From contig CALFPM010000178.1 in assembly GCA_937919155.1 (NCBI GenBank), forward strand, positions 1-49,546: a stretch of DNA of 49,546 nucleotides. Direction: 5' to 3'. The position numbers and the translations under genes are program-made. Below, piece after piece: positions 29,641 through 37,828 of the stretch. The DNA is from an uncultured Clostridia bacterium. Lineage in GTDB: Bacteria > Bacillota > Clostridia > Oscillospirales > Acutalibacteraceae. The notes below the pieces were generated by a model. It was not told the DNA's origin. It saw nothing but the letters and a program-made list of their open reading frames with translations, and did no database searches. Position 1 is the stretch's first letter. Every line of letters begins with the position of its first letter.

Positions 29641-30606
29641 ATGAAACTCGGCGTATTTACAACATTACTTTCAAACCTCTCTCTTGAAGAGGCACTCAAA
29701 TATTTCAAGTCTCTGGGCATTGAAATGGTCGAAATCGGTTGCGGCGGTTACCCCGGAAACGCTCACGCTGACCCCGAGACCCTGCTCAATGACGAAGCAA
29801 AGCTTGAGGAATTCAAGGCTCTGCTCAAGAAATATGATGTTCAGATAAGCGCACTTTCCTGCCACGGTAACCCCGTGCATCCCAACAAGGAAATTGCCGC
29901 TGATTTTGACAAGACAATCAGAAACACCATTCTGCTTGCAGAAAAGCTCGGTCTGAGCCAGATCAACACATTCTCAGGCTGCCCCGGTGACTGCGAAACC
30001 GCAAAATATCCCAACTGGGTAACCTGCCCCTGGCCCAACGATTTCGGCGAAATCCTTGAGTGGCAGTGGAATGAGGTTCTTATTCCTTATTGGAAAAATC
30101 TTGTTGAGTTTGCAAGGGCTCACGGCGTTAACAAAATTGCTCTTGAGCTTCACCCCGGTTTCTGCGTTTACAACACCGAAACTCTGCTTAAACTGCGTGA
30201 GGCTGTAGGTCCCGAAATCGGCGCAAACTTTGACCCCAGCCACCTTATCTGGCAGGGAATGGATCCCGTTGCATGCATCCGCAAGCTTGGCGATGCAATC
30301 TTCCATTTCCACGCAAAGGATACAAAGATTGATAAGTACAACACCGCTGTTAACGGCGTGCTTGACAACAAGCCCTACGGCGATGAAATCAACCGTTCAT
30401 GGATTTTCCGCACAATCGGCTACGGCAACGACAATGCATACTGGAAAGACATCATTTCCAACCTCCGCATGGTCGGCTATGACTACGCCATCAGCATTGA
30501 GCACGAGGATTCGCTTATGAGCCAGAACGAGGGCCTTTCAAAGGCAGTTTCATTCCTCAAAAATATTATTCTCACAGAATCCACAGGCGAAATGTGGTGG
30601 GTTTGA
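29641..30606 (+). CDS. Sugar phosphate isomerase/epimerase (xylose-isomerase-like TIM barrel)
   Basis: EIGCGGYPG, LSCHGNPVHP, ELHPG, NFDPSHL, HFHAKD and SIEHED. Confidence 0.9.
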   Translation: MKLGVFTTLLSNLSLEEALKYFKSLGIEMVEIGCGGYPGNAHADPETLLNDEAKLEEFKALLKKYDVQISALSCHGNPVHPNKEIAADFDKTIRNTILLAEKLGLSQINTFSGCPGDCETAKYPNWVTCPWPNDFGEILEWQWNEVLIPYWKNLVEFARAHGVNKIALELHPGFCVYNTETLLKLREAVGPEIGANFDPSHLIWQGMDPVACIRKLGDAIFHFHAKDTKIDKYNTAVNGVLDNKPYGDEINRSWIFRTIGYGNDNAYWKDIISNLRMVGYDYAISIEHEDSLMSQNEGLSKAVSFLKNIILTESTGEMWWV

Positions 30607-30637
30607 TTAAATCGCAATTACAAAGGAAGCGAATACT

Positions 30638-31708
30638 ATGGTAAACAATAAATTCGGCTGCGCAATTATCGGCTACGGCGGTATGGGCGGCTGGCACGCA
30701 ACAAAAATCAAAGAAGAAATGGGCGAATTTGCTGAGCTTGTGGGCGTTTTTGACATTAATCCCGAAAGAAAAAAGGTTGCGGATGAAAAAGGAATTCACT
30801 TTTTCAGTTCCCGTGAAGAATTGCTCAGTGACGAGCGCATTGACCTTGTCACAATTGCAACTCCCAATGATGTTCACAAGGAAATTGCCATTGATGCAAT
30901 GCGTCACGGAAAGAATGTTATCAGCGAAAAGCCTGTCACTCTTTCAACTGCAGATCTTGAGGAAATGATTGCCTGCGCAGAAGAAACAGGCAAGCTTTTC
31001 ACCGTTCACCAGAACAGACGCTGGGATGAGGATTACCTCACAATGAAAAAGCTCCTTGACGAGAACACATTGGGCAATGTTTTCCGCATTGAATCCCGCG
31101 TTCAGGGTTCAAGAGGCGTGCCCGGCGACTGGCGCAACCAGCCTCAGCACGGCGGCGGAATGGTTTATGACTGGGGCATTCACCTGCTTGATCAGGCGCT
31201 GATGATGACCCTGCCCAGAAAGCTGAAAACCGTTTATGCGGAGCTGACCAATGTCACCAACGAAAACTGCGATGACGGTTTCCGCACAACCCTTATTTTT
31301 GATGACGGTCTTTCATTCTATGTTGAGGTAACAACAAGCAATTTCATTGAGCTTCCTCTCTGGTATATGCTCGGTGAAAACGGAACAGCCGTTGTGAACG
31401 ACTGGAAATGGAACGGAAAAATCGTTAAAGTTTCCGATTGGGAAAACAGAGATGCAGTGCCCATTGTTGCAGGCGCAGGCATAACAAAAACAATGGCACC
31501 CAGAACAGACGACACAATCAAAACCTATCCTCTCGACATTCAGAAAGCCGAATGGATTGAATACTACAAAAACATTTTCGCTTATCTCAGAGGCGAAGAA
31601 AACATTATCGTTACCCACAATCAGCAGCGCAGACTCATGCGCCTTGTTGAGGCAATTTTCGAATCGGGCAAGACAAACAAGGTTGTTGAGTTCAATGACA
31701 TAATGTAA
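30638..31708 (+). CDS. Gfo/Idh/MocA NAD(P)-dependent oxidoreductase
   Basis: IIGYGGMG, ATPNDVH, SEKP, HQNRRWD and GGGMVYDWGIHLLDQ. Confidence 0.93.
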   Translation: MVNNKFGCAIIGYGGMGGWHATKIKEEMGEFAELVGVFDINPERKKVADEKGIHFFSSREELLSDERIDLVTIATPNDVHKEIAIDAMRHGKNVISEKPVTLSTADLEEMIACAEETGKLFTVHQNRRWDEDYLTMKKLLDENTLGNVFRIESRVQGSRGVPGDWRNQPQHGGGMVYDWGIHLLDQALMMTLPRKLKTVYAELTNVTNENCDDGFRTTLIFDDGLSFYVEVTTSNFIELPLWYMLGENGTAVVNDWKWNGKIVKVSDWENRDAVPIVAGAGITKTMAPRTDDTIKTYPLDIQKAEWIEYYKNIFAYLRGEENIIVTHNQQRRLMRLVEAIFESGKTNKVVEFNDIM

Positions 31709-31791
31709 AAAAACTGCCCCCGAATTTATCATTAAGGTTCAGATTTATTCACTTTTTTGTTTGAATTTTGTTAAAAACGGTTCATTGACCA

Positions 31792-31820
31792 TTGACAGAC
31801 CAAATAAAAAGTGATAATAT
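31792..31820 (+). promoter_or_regulatory. Probable sigma-A promoter for 31882..32367
   Basis: TTGACA-N17-TAATAT with extended -10 TG. Confidence 0.6.
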
Positions 31821-31881
31821 TAGTTATCTTTGATGTTTATTAAATCATCGGGGACAAAAAAATACGAAAGGACAGACCAAA

Positions 31882-32367
31882 ATGAAAAAGTTTTTAGCAA
31901 TCGTTTTCTCACTCATCTTTGCTCTTTCAGCATGCACAGTAGCATTTGCTGCTGACTACGAATGCGAAACCTGCCACGCAGTTCTCGCAAGCGAGAAAGA
32001 TCTTACTGCTCACAAGAACGGCGGATGCCTTGTAAACTTCAAGGATTGCCAGTACTGCGCAGCTAAGGTTGCAACAGAAAACCTTGACGCTCACGAAGCA
32101 GAGTGCCCCAAGGGTGCAACTTCATGCGACAAGTGCGGTGCAGCTCTCAAGAATCAGGCAGCAAAGGCTGACCACACCTGCGACACAAAGGATGTTGCAG
32201 AAAACGTTCTTGGCAAGGTTGTTGACGCTCTCGGTAAGGTTGACTGGAAAGGCCTCGCAAACAAGGTTGTTGATGCTGTTAAGGGTATCGACTTCGAAGG
32301 TCTTATCGCAAAGATCAAGCCCCTCATCGAAAAGGTTGTAGACCTCGTTAAGGGCGCAGCTGCATAA
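31882..32367 (+). CDS. Secreted protein with three CxxC...H...C motifs and an amphipathic C-terminus
   Basis: Signal peptide ending VAFA; CETC..H..C, CQYC..H..C and CDKC..H.C; followed by a terminator. Confidence 0.8.
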   Translation: MKKFLAIVFSLIFALSACTVAFAADYECETCHAVLASEKDLTAHKNGGCLVNFKDCQYCAAKVATENLDAHEAECPKGATSCDKCGAALKNQAAKADHTCDTKDVAENVLGKVVDALGKVDWKGLANKVVDAVKGIDFEGLIAKIKPLIEKVVDLVKGAAA

Positions 32368-32388
32368 TTTAATTATTGCACAAAACAT

Positions 32389-32419
32389 AGGGAGTTGTCC
32401 TTTCGGGCAACTCCTTTTT
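32389..32419 (+). terminator. Intrinsic terminator
   Basis: GGAGTTGTCC-TTTC-GGGCAACTCC-TTTTT. Confidence 0.8.
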
Positions 32420-32477
32420 GTTTGTCTTTTTCCGAACAAAAAAAGCTGCCCTGCGCAAATGCACAGGGCAGTTATTT

Positions 32478-33977
32478 TTACCATTTCTTATCGTTATAGG
32501 GAGTTGATTCAACGCCGTTTGCCTGCAGTTTTTTGACCATTCGGTCAAGCTTGCCTTTCCACATTTTCTTGAACCATCCGGTTTTGCCAAACCATTTGAC
32601 AAGAGTGGGGCTGATTGCATAATATGTTCTGATAAATGCTCTGCCGTACCAGCTTTCTGCAAGAGTGTTGTCACGGTATCTGCGGAGAGTCCACACCTGA
32701 GGACAGTCATATGAGCCGTAAACAGCTGTTGCAACATAACAACCGTTGCTTTTGCCCTTTTCCAAGCTGGGGAATTTAGCCTGAATCATAGATGCAATTT
32801 CAGGGTCTGTCTTCTTGTTATAGGCTGCAACACCGGAGGCGTCAGTCACAGTGGCATCTGCGCCTGCATCCAACAAGAGTCTTACACATTTTCTGGCGTT
32901 CGCCTGGTCAGTAGCATCTTTAAATTTATCAGAAGCCAAATGCCATAAGGCGGTTTTATTATTAGCGGCCTTGAAATCAACTTCTGCACCGGCATTAACC
33001 AGGAATTTCACAGCTTCATAATTAGCGAACGCCGCAGAATTCACCAATAAAGTTCTTTTTATGGTGCTGGCAGTCATTCCGATAAGGCGTTTTACATCTT
33101 CCCTGTCGCTTTCATTTACAGCGTATTTGGAAGCAAAAGCAACCTCATTGGCGGATACTTTGTAGTTGTCTAATGTTAAGAGTGCAATTGCCTTTCCCAA
33201 ATAGCCAACGGGTGAGTCGCTGCTTTTCTTTGTGTATTCTTTAAAATACCAAAAAGCAAAAATCGGATAACCGTTCTGCAATGTTTCATAAGCCATTTCA
33301 AGAACTTTTTCTTTAGCTAAATCTTTACATTTTATTTCAAAAATGTTAGCTAACGATTCCTCATAAGCATTAACAACCTGATCTATCATTTTGTAGGTAA
33401 CTTCCAAGGGATCGTTCTTGATAACCTGATTTCTGTCCACAACTGCGCCATAACCGTTTTTGGTTACATACTCCTGCAAATGAGTGGTCGGAACAATTGT
33501 GCCTGTTTTCAAGCCTTTAATATCATCCATTATTTCGAACAATAATTTGTAATGTTCTTCATTGGTGTTGTCATAGTTATCATCTATTACAGATACACCT
33601 TTTATCAATGTGTTGAAAACACTTTGTCTTTTATCTTTGGTTTCTGCATCTAACAAAGCTGATTTTACTCGTGCATATGTGCTGTAGAAAATAGCTTCAA
33701 TATTAGTCGGATCGTTTTGCTCAACCAAATTATAGTATTTTTCGGTTTCTTTCCAATCCTCTTTCTGTTTTGCCCGGCGAGCATTAGCGAGATATTTTTG
33801 CACAAATGCGGAATTATCAACCATAACCGTGCTGCCGCTGACGTCAACTGAGCCTTCAAGCATCATTCTCTTTGCTTCTTCAACGGAATATTTTGTGCCG
33901 CACATTTCGCAAACAAAATAGCCTTCATTTTTAATAAGTTCTTTGCTGCCGCACATTTCACAAATCAATGCGTTCAT
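32478..33977 (-). CDS. Zinc-ribbon / helical-repeat / ankyrin / CFI-box-CTERM protein
   Basis: CEMCGS...CEMCG zinc ribbon; ankyrin-like AVKFLVNAGAEVD...TALWH...LLLDAGAD; C-terminal GCYVATAVYGSYDCPQVWTLRRYRD. Start ATG 33977 after the GAGGAGG RBS. Confidence 0.82.
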   Translation of the reverse strand: MNALICEMCGSKELIKNEGYFVCEMCGTKYSVEEAKRMMLEGSVDVSGSTVMVDNSAFVQKYLANARRAKQKEDWKETEKYYNLVEQNDPTNIEAIFYSTYARVKSALLDAETKDKRQSVFNTLIKGVSVIDDNYDNTNEEHYKLLFEIMDDIKGLKTGTIVPTTHLQEYVTKNGYGAVVDRNQVIKNDPLEVTYKMIDQVVNAYEESLANIFEIKCKDLAKEKVLEMAYETLQNGYPIFAFWYFKEYTKKSSDSPVGYLGKAIALLTLDNYKVSANEVAFASKYAVNESDREDVKRLIGMTASTIKRTLLVNSAAFANYEAVKFLVNAGAEVDFKAANNKTALWHLASDKFKDATDQANARKCVRLLLDAGADATVTDASGVAAYNKKTDPEIASMIQAKFPSLEKGKSNGCYVATAVYGSYDCPQVWTLRRYRDNTLAESWYGRAFIRTYYAISPTLVKWFGKTGWFKKMWKGKLDRMVKKLQANGVESTPYNDKKW

Positions 33978-34102
33978 AATCTTCCTCCTCATTATTCGGG
34001 ATATTACACCCTTAAGTCCAATATTAAGATACCAAAGTATTTTTATATTGTCAAGCGTTTTGTAATAATAGTATTGTAATATTTGACTTACGGAGGCAGA
34101 GT

Positions 34103-34381
34103 ATGCTCGGACAACGGATTTATGAATTGCGCACATCTCGGGGATGGAATCAGGTTCAGCTTGCGAAGCAATTAAACATCACTAAACAAACCGTATCCAA
34201 TTGGGAAAATGAAAATATTCAGCCATCGGTTGAAATGCTTGTACGCATTGCAAAGCTTTTCGGAGTTTCATCGGATTATCTTCTCGGTCTGAACGAAACC
34301 GCATATATCAGCGCAGACGGTCTGCCGATTCACTTTGTTGCACACCTGACGCAAATTATTGATGACTACAGAAACAAATAA
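34103..34381 (+). CDS. XRE-family helix-turn-helix regulator
   Basis: RIYELR...QVQLAKQLNITKQTVSNWEN...PSVEML..IAKLFGVSSDYLLG. Confidence 0.92.
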   Translation: MLGQRIYELRTSRGWNQVQLAKQLNITKQTVSNWENENIQPSVEMLVRIAKLFGVSSDYLLGLNETAYISADGLPIHFVAHLTQIIDDYRNK

Positions 34382-34385
34382 CATC

Positions 34386-34415
34386 AAAAAAAGCCGACTC
34401 AGACGAGTCGGCTTT
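34386..34415. terminator. Bidirectional terminator
   Basis: AAAGCCGACTC-AGAC-GAGTCGGCTTT. Confidence 0.8.
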
Positions 34416-34428
34416 CATCATTTTTTAT

Positions 34429-35667
34429 TTACTGTTTTGCGCCGTTATCAAACATTTCAAGAGTCTTTACCGTTGCGGCAAAGCAGTTTGCAATGCCGTC
34501 CTTGTTAAGGCTTTCAACATTGTCAAGTCTTGTGTGATAGTATCTTTCAAGCTTGTGGTTAAGTCCCGTAACACCTGCGGCTCTGAATCCGCCCTGAGTG
34601 AATGCCGCCGCATCAACTGCGCCGCCGAGAGGAGGAATCCAACCCTTTTTGCAGGGTACGCCAACTTCCTGAGCAGCCTCATAGAAAAGGTCTGCAACCT
34701 CTGCATCTGACTTTACTGTGCCGTTAAGGTCGCGGTAGTTTGCCATAAGATATTTGGGCTCGTTGATTGTGTCGAAAGAATAAATGAAAGTGGGAACGTC
34801 CTTAAACTCATCCTTGTGAGCCTCAACCCATGCTTTTGCACCGCGGAGACCGATTTCTTCTGAACCTGTAAGGATTACGCCGACCTCTGTGTTTTCAAGC
34901 TCAATGCCTGCATCCTTGAGGTACTTGAGAACGGCAATGCCCATGTAGCAGCCTGTGAGGTTATCGTTTGCGCCGTCAACAACAAGCTTGTAGTTTTCCA
35001 TAAAGTAAAGACCGATCATAAAGGGAACGAAGAGAAGTCCCCAGAGACCCGCTTTAACAAGAGGATTTTCAAGGTCGGGCAAACCTGCGGTGATGCCGTT
35101 CTGCGCAACATACATTATTGAAAGAACAAGGTAGAAAAGTGCACCGAGAACAACAATAATTGCGTGACCCTCAAAGCCTACGCCGCCGAGAGCATAGTTA
35201 ACGGGCCATTCCCAGGTTGCATCGGGGTGACCGTTGAAGATAATTCTTCTCTTGGTTTCGCCCTTGCACTTTTTGATTGCGGTCACATTGTGGCTGGTCT
35301 TCTTTTTGAAGAACGGATCAAGAACCTTCTTGTAAACACCGAACTGAAGAAGAACAAGCACAAATCCCAGCGTAATAAGGGGAATTCCCACAACGGGAAC
35401 AAAGAAAAATGCAGCAACGGAAATCAGAACAAAGGTGATTGTGAAATAAATCCAGCCGTAAAACGCCTTGGGAGCAACCTCATAGCCCTCCACCTTAACA
35501 TCCTCGCAGCCGCAGTCCTTGAGAACCTCTGCCATATATTCGCAGGATTTCTTTTCTCCCTCGGAACCGGGGTCTCTTTTGCCGCAGGTTTTGATAACAT
35601 GAGTAATCTCATCGATTATGTACTTTGCGGCTTTTTCTTTTTTGTCAATAATGTTCTTAAGATCCAT
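34429..35667 (-). CDS. Membrane-embedded M28/M20 family metallopeptidase
   Basis: GHPD, GANDNLTG, GSEEIGLRGA and YHTRLD motifs with TM insertions; start ATG 35667. Confidence 0.88.
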   Translation of the reverse strand: MDLKNIIDKKEKAAKYIIDEITHVIKTCGKRDPGSEGEKKSCEYMAEVLKDCGCEDVKVEGYEVAPKAFYGWIYFTITFVLISVAAFFFVPVVGIPLITLGFVLVLLQFGVYKKVLDPFFKKKTSHNVTAIKKCKGETKRRIIFNGHPDATWEWPVNYALGGVGFEGHAIIVVLGALFYLVLSIMYVAQNGITAGLPDLENPLVKAGLWGLLFVPFMIGLYFMENYKLVVDGANDNLTGCYMGIAVLKYLKDAGIELENTEVGVILTGSEEIGLRGAKAWVEAHKDEFKDVPTFIYSFDTINEPKYLMANYRDLNGTVKSDAEVADLFYEAAQEVGVPCKKGWIPPLGGAVDAAAFTQGGFRAAGVTGLNHKLERYYHTRLDNVESLNKDGIANCFAATVKTLEMFDNGAKQ

Positions 35668-35874
35668 ATTCTTCTCTCCTCTTTTAAAAATATTATGCAA
35701 TTAAATATTAGCATTTTAATTATAAATTTGTCAATAGAACTGCCGCGATTAGTAACAGAGTTACAAAATTTGTTCCATTGTAAAATCTGTCCTTGACTTT
35801 AAAATTCGGTTGTGCTATACCTATTTAGGATATTTATTTCTATTATTTATAAGGAAAAGAAGGCGTATCAATCA

Positions 35875-37158
35875 ATGGAAACTTTGTTTTGTATTTCAAT
35901 TGCCTTGGGCGCAGGTCTGATTCTGTCCCGTCTGGCAAAGCCTCTGGGTCTGCCCTCGGTAACGGCTTATCTTGTTGCCGGCATACTCATCGGCCCCTAC
36001 TGCCTCGGCAGAATCGGCATTGAGGGTCTGGGTTTTATCTCCCACGAAAATGTAAAAGAATTTGAAATTATTTCAAATGTTGCTCTCGGTTTCATTGCAT
36101 TTGCAATCGGCAATGAATTCAGACTCAGCCAGCTCAAAAAGGTTGGCGGCACGGCAACATTCATAGGTATTTTTCAGGCGCTTATTGCCACTCTGATGGT
36201 TGATGCGGCGCTTATCGGCCTCCACTTTGTGCTTGGCGAGAATAAGCTCCCCCTTTCAATGGCAATCACACTCGGCGCAGTTGCAGCTGCAACCGCTCCT
36301 GCCGCAACGCTTATGGTTGTCCGTCAGTACAAGGCAAAGGGCAAGCTCACAGACCTGCTTCTTCCCATTGTTGCAATCGATGACGCGGTGGGTCTGATTA
36401 TCTTCGCAATTTCATTCGGCATTGCAAAAGCGGTTGAGCACGGTGAATTCAGCCTGAAAGCAATCATTCTTGAACCCATTATTGAAATTGTGTGCTCTCT
36501 TGCTCTCGGCGCGATTATGGGTCTGCTGTTCTCAATTTTTGAGCGCTTCTTCAGCTCCAACAGCAAGCGTCTCTGCCTTTCCGTAACCTGCGTTATCTTC
36601 ACAGTCGCCCTTTCAATGATAAAGTTTGAAATCGGCGGTGTACACATCGGTTTCTCAGCACTTCTCGTATGTATGATGCTGGGCACAATCTTCTGCAACA
36701 TCTGCGATTTCTCTGCAGAAATCATGGAAAAGACCGACAAGTGGACAGTTCCTCTTTTTGCACTTTTCTTTGTACTCAGCGGCGCAGAGCTTGAACTGAG
36801 CGTGTTCACCGACATCACAATAGTCGGCATCGGCGTTGCATACATTTTCTCCCGTTCACTGGGCAAATACCTCGGCTCATTCGGCAGCGCAAAACTGATG
36901 AAATGCGACAAGAAAACAACAAAATATCTGGGCATCACCCTTCTGCCTCAGGCAGGCGTTGCGCTGGGTATGTCCGTTACCGCAATGGAGCTGGGCGAGG
37001 TTGGCGAAATGATAAGAAACATCGTTCTCTTCTCAGTTCTTATCTATGAACTTTTCGGACCCGTTATGACAAAGTGGGCGCTCACAAGAGCAGGCAACAT
37101 CGAACCCAAACCCCACCACAAAAACAGAAAGCACCGCACAGCCCCCGCAAAAATATAG
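35875..37158 (+). CDS. Cation:proton antiporter (CPA2)
   Basis: LPSVTAYLVAGILIGP, ATAPAAT, VAIDDA and LLPQAGVALG; many TM helices. Confidence 0.92.
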   Translation: METLFCISIALGAGLILSRLAKPLGLPSVTAYLVAGILIGPYCLGRIGIEGLGFISHENVKEFEIISNVALGFIAFAIGNEFRLSQLKKVGGTATFIGIFQALIATLMVDAALIGLHFVLGENKLPLSMAITLGAVAAATAPAATLMVVRQYKAKGKLTDLLLPIVAIDDAVGLIIFAISFGIAKAVEHGEFSLKAIILEPIIEIVCSLALGAIMGLLFSIFERFFSSNSKRLCLSVTCVIFTVALSMIKFEIGGVHIGFSALLVCMMLGTIFCNICDFSAEIMEKTDKWTVPLFALFFVLSGAELELSVFTDITIVGIGVAYIFSRSLGKYLGSFGSAKLMKCDKKTTKYLGITLLPQAGVALGMSVTAMELGEVGEMIRNIVLFSVLIYELFGPVMTKWALTRAGNIEPKPHHKNRKHRTAPAKI

Positions 37159-37293
37159 TTTTAATCTGAATGTCTCAATAAGATGAAGAAGCCGTTTTCT
37201 TCCGATGCAAGGCGTATGCGATACGCCAAAGCGGAAAAAACGGCTAAAAAGAAACATAAAATAAGATATTTATTTTCGATTTGGTGTTAAAAT

Positions 37294-37335
37294 TGGCTTG
37301 CATAGGTCGGTTATCTATGCAAGCCTCATTTTATT
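37294..37335. terminator. Terminator between the antiporter and the spoVT 3' end
   Basis: GGCTTGCATAG...CTATGCAAGCC stem. Confidence 0.7.
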
Positions 37336-37378
37336 TATTCAGTTTCTTTTGTTCTTCATTTAGTGAGACGTTCAGTTT

Positions 37379-37828
37379 TTATTCTTCCATCTGTTTGCCG
37401 AGAAAGTTTGCCGCAATCTGCGCAAGCTTTGTTTCCGTCTGGGTGGGACATGAGCCGTTTTCGTTGAGAAGCATAACAAGCGCGCCCGAAACATCGCCGC
37501 CGCCGACTATGGGAAACACAACCGCAGCCTCTTTGTCAACACCCTCAACGGGTTTGATTCTCTCGTTATCCACACTGCAAACGTAGTTTTCTCTGCGCTC
37601 CATAAGACCCTCAAGACTGCGGCTTACCCTGCGGTCAAGAATTTCCTTTTTGGAAATACCCGCGCAGGCAATAACACTGTCCCTGTCGGTTATGATAACC
37701 GCAAGACCCGTGCCCCTTGCAAGCACATCGGCATACTGCCCCGTAATGGATGACAGTTCACCAATAGGCGAGTATTTTTTGAAAATAACCTCACCGTCCG
37801 AATCCGTATAAATCTCCAACGGGTCGCC
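37379..37828 (-). pseudogene. spoVT: 3' 149 codons of spoVT (stage V sporulation protein T), interrupted by an element and fused in frame to the recombinase
   Basis: GDPLEIYTDSDGEVIFKKYSPIGEL...ITDRDSVIA...GDVSGALVM...AANFLGKQMEE matches SpoVT from about residue 31. The MKATGIVRRIDDLGR N-terminus is absent. Composition is host-like. Confidence 0.9.

Noticed and set aside
31961..31978. CETCH as a c-type cytochrome heme site
   Set aside because: The two sister repeats have CxxCA and CxxCG with a distal His and Cys, which fits zinc-finger-like ligation better. No cytochrome c maturation genes are seen in the window.
33978..34136. N-terminal extension of the 552-aa ORF
   Set aside because: It overlaps the divergent XRE gene and promoter region. 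A strong RBS supports ATG 33977.
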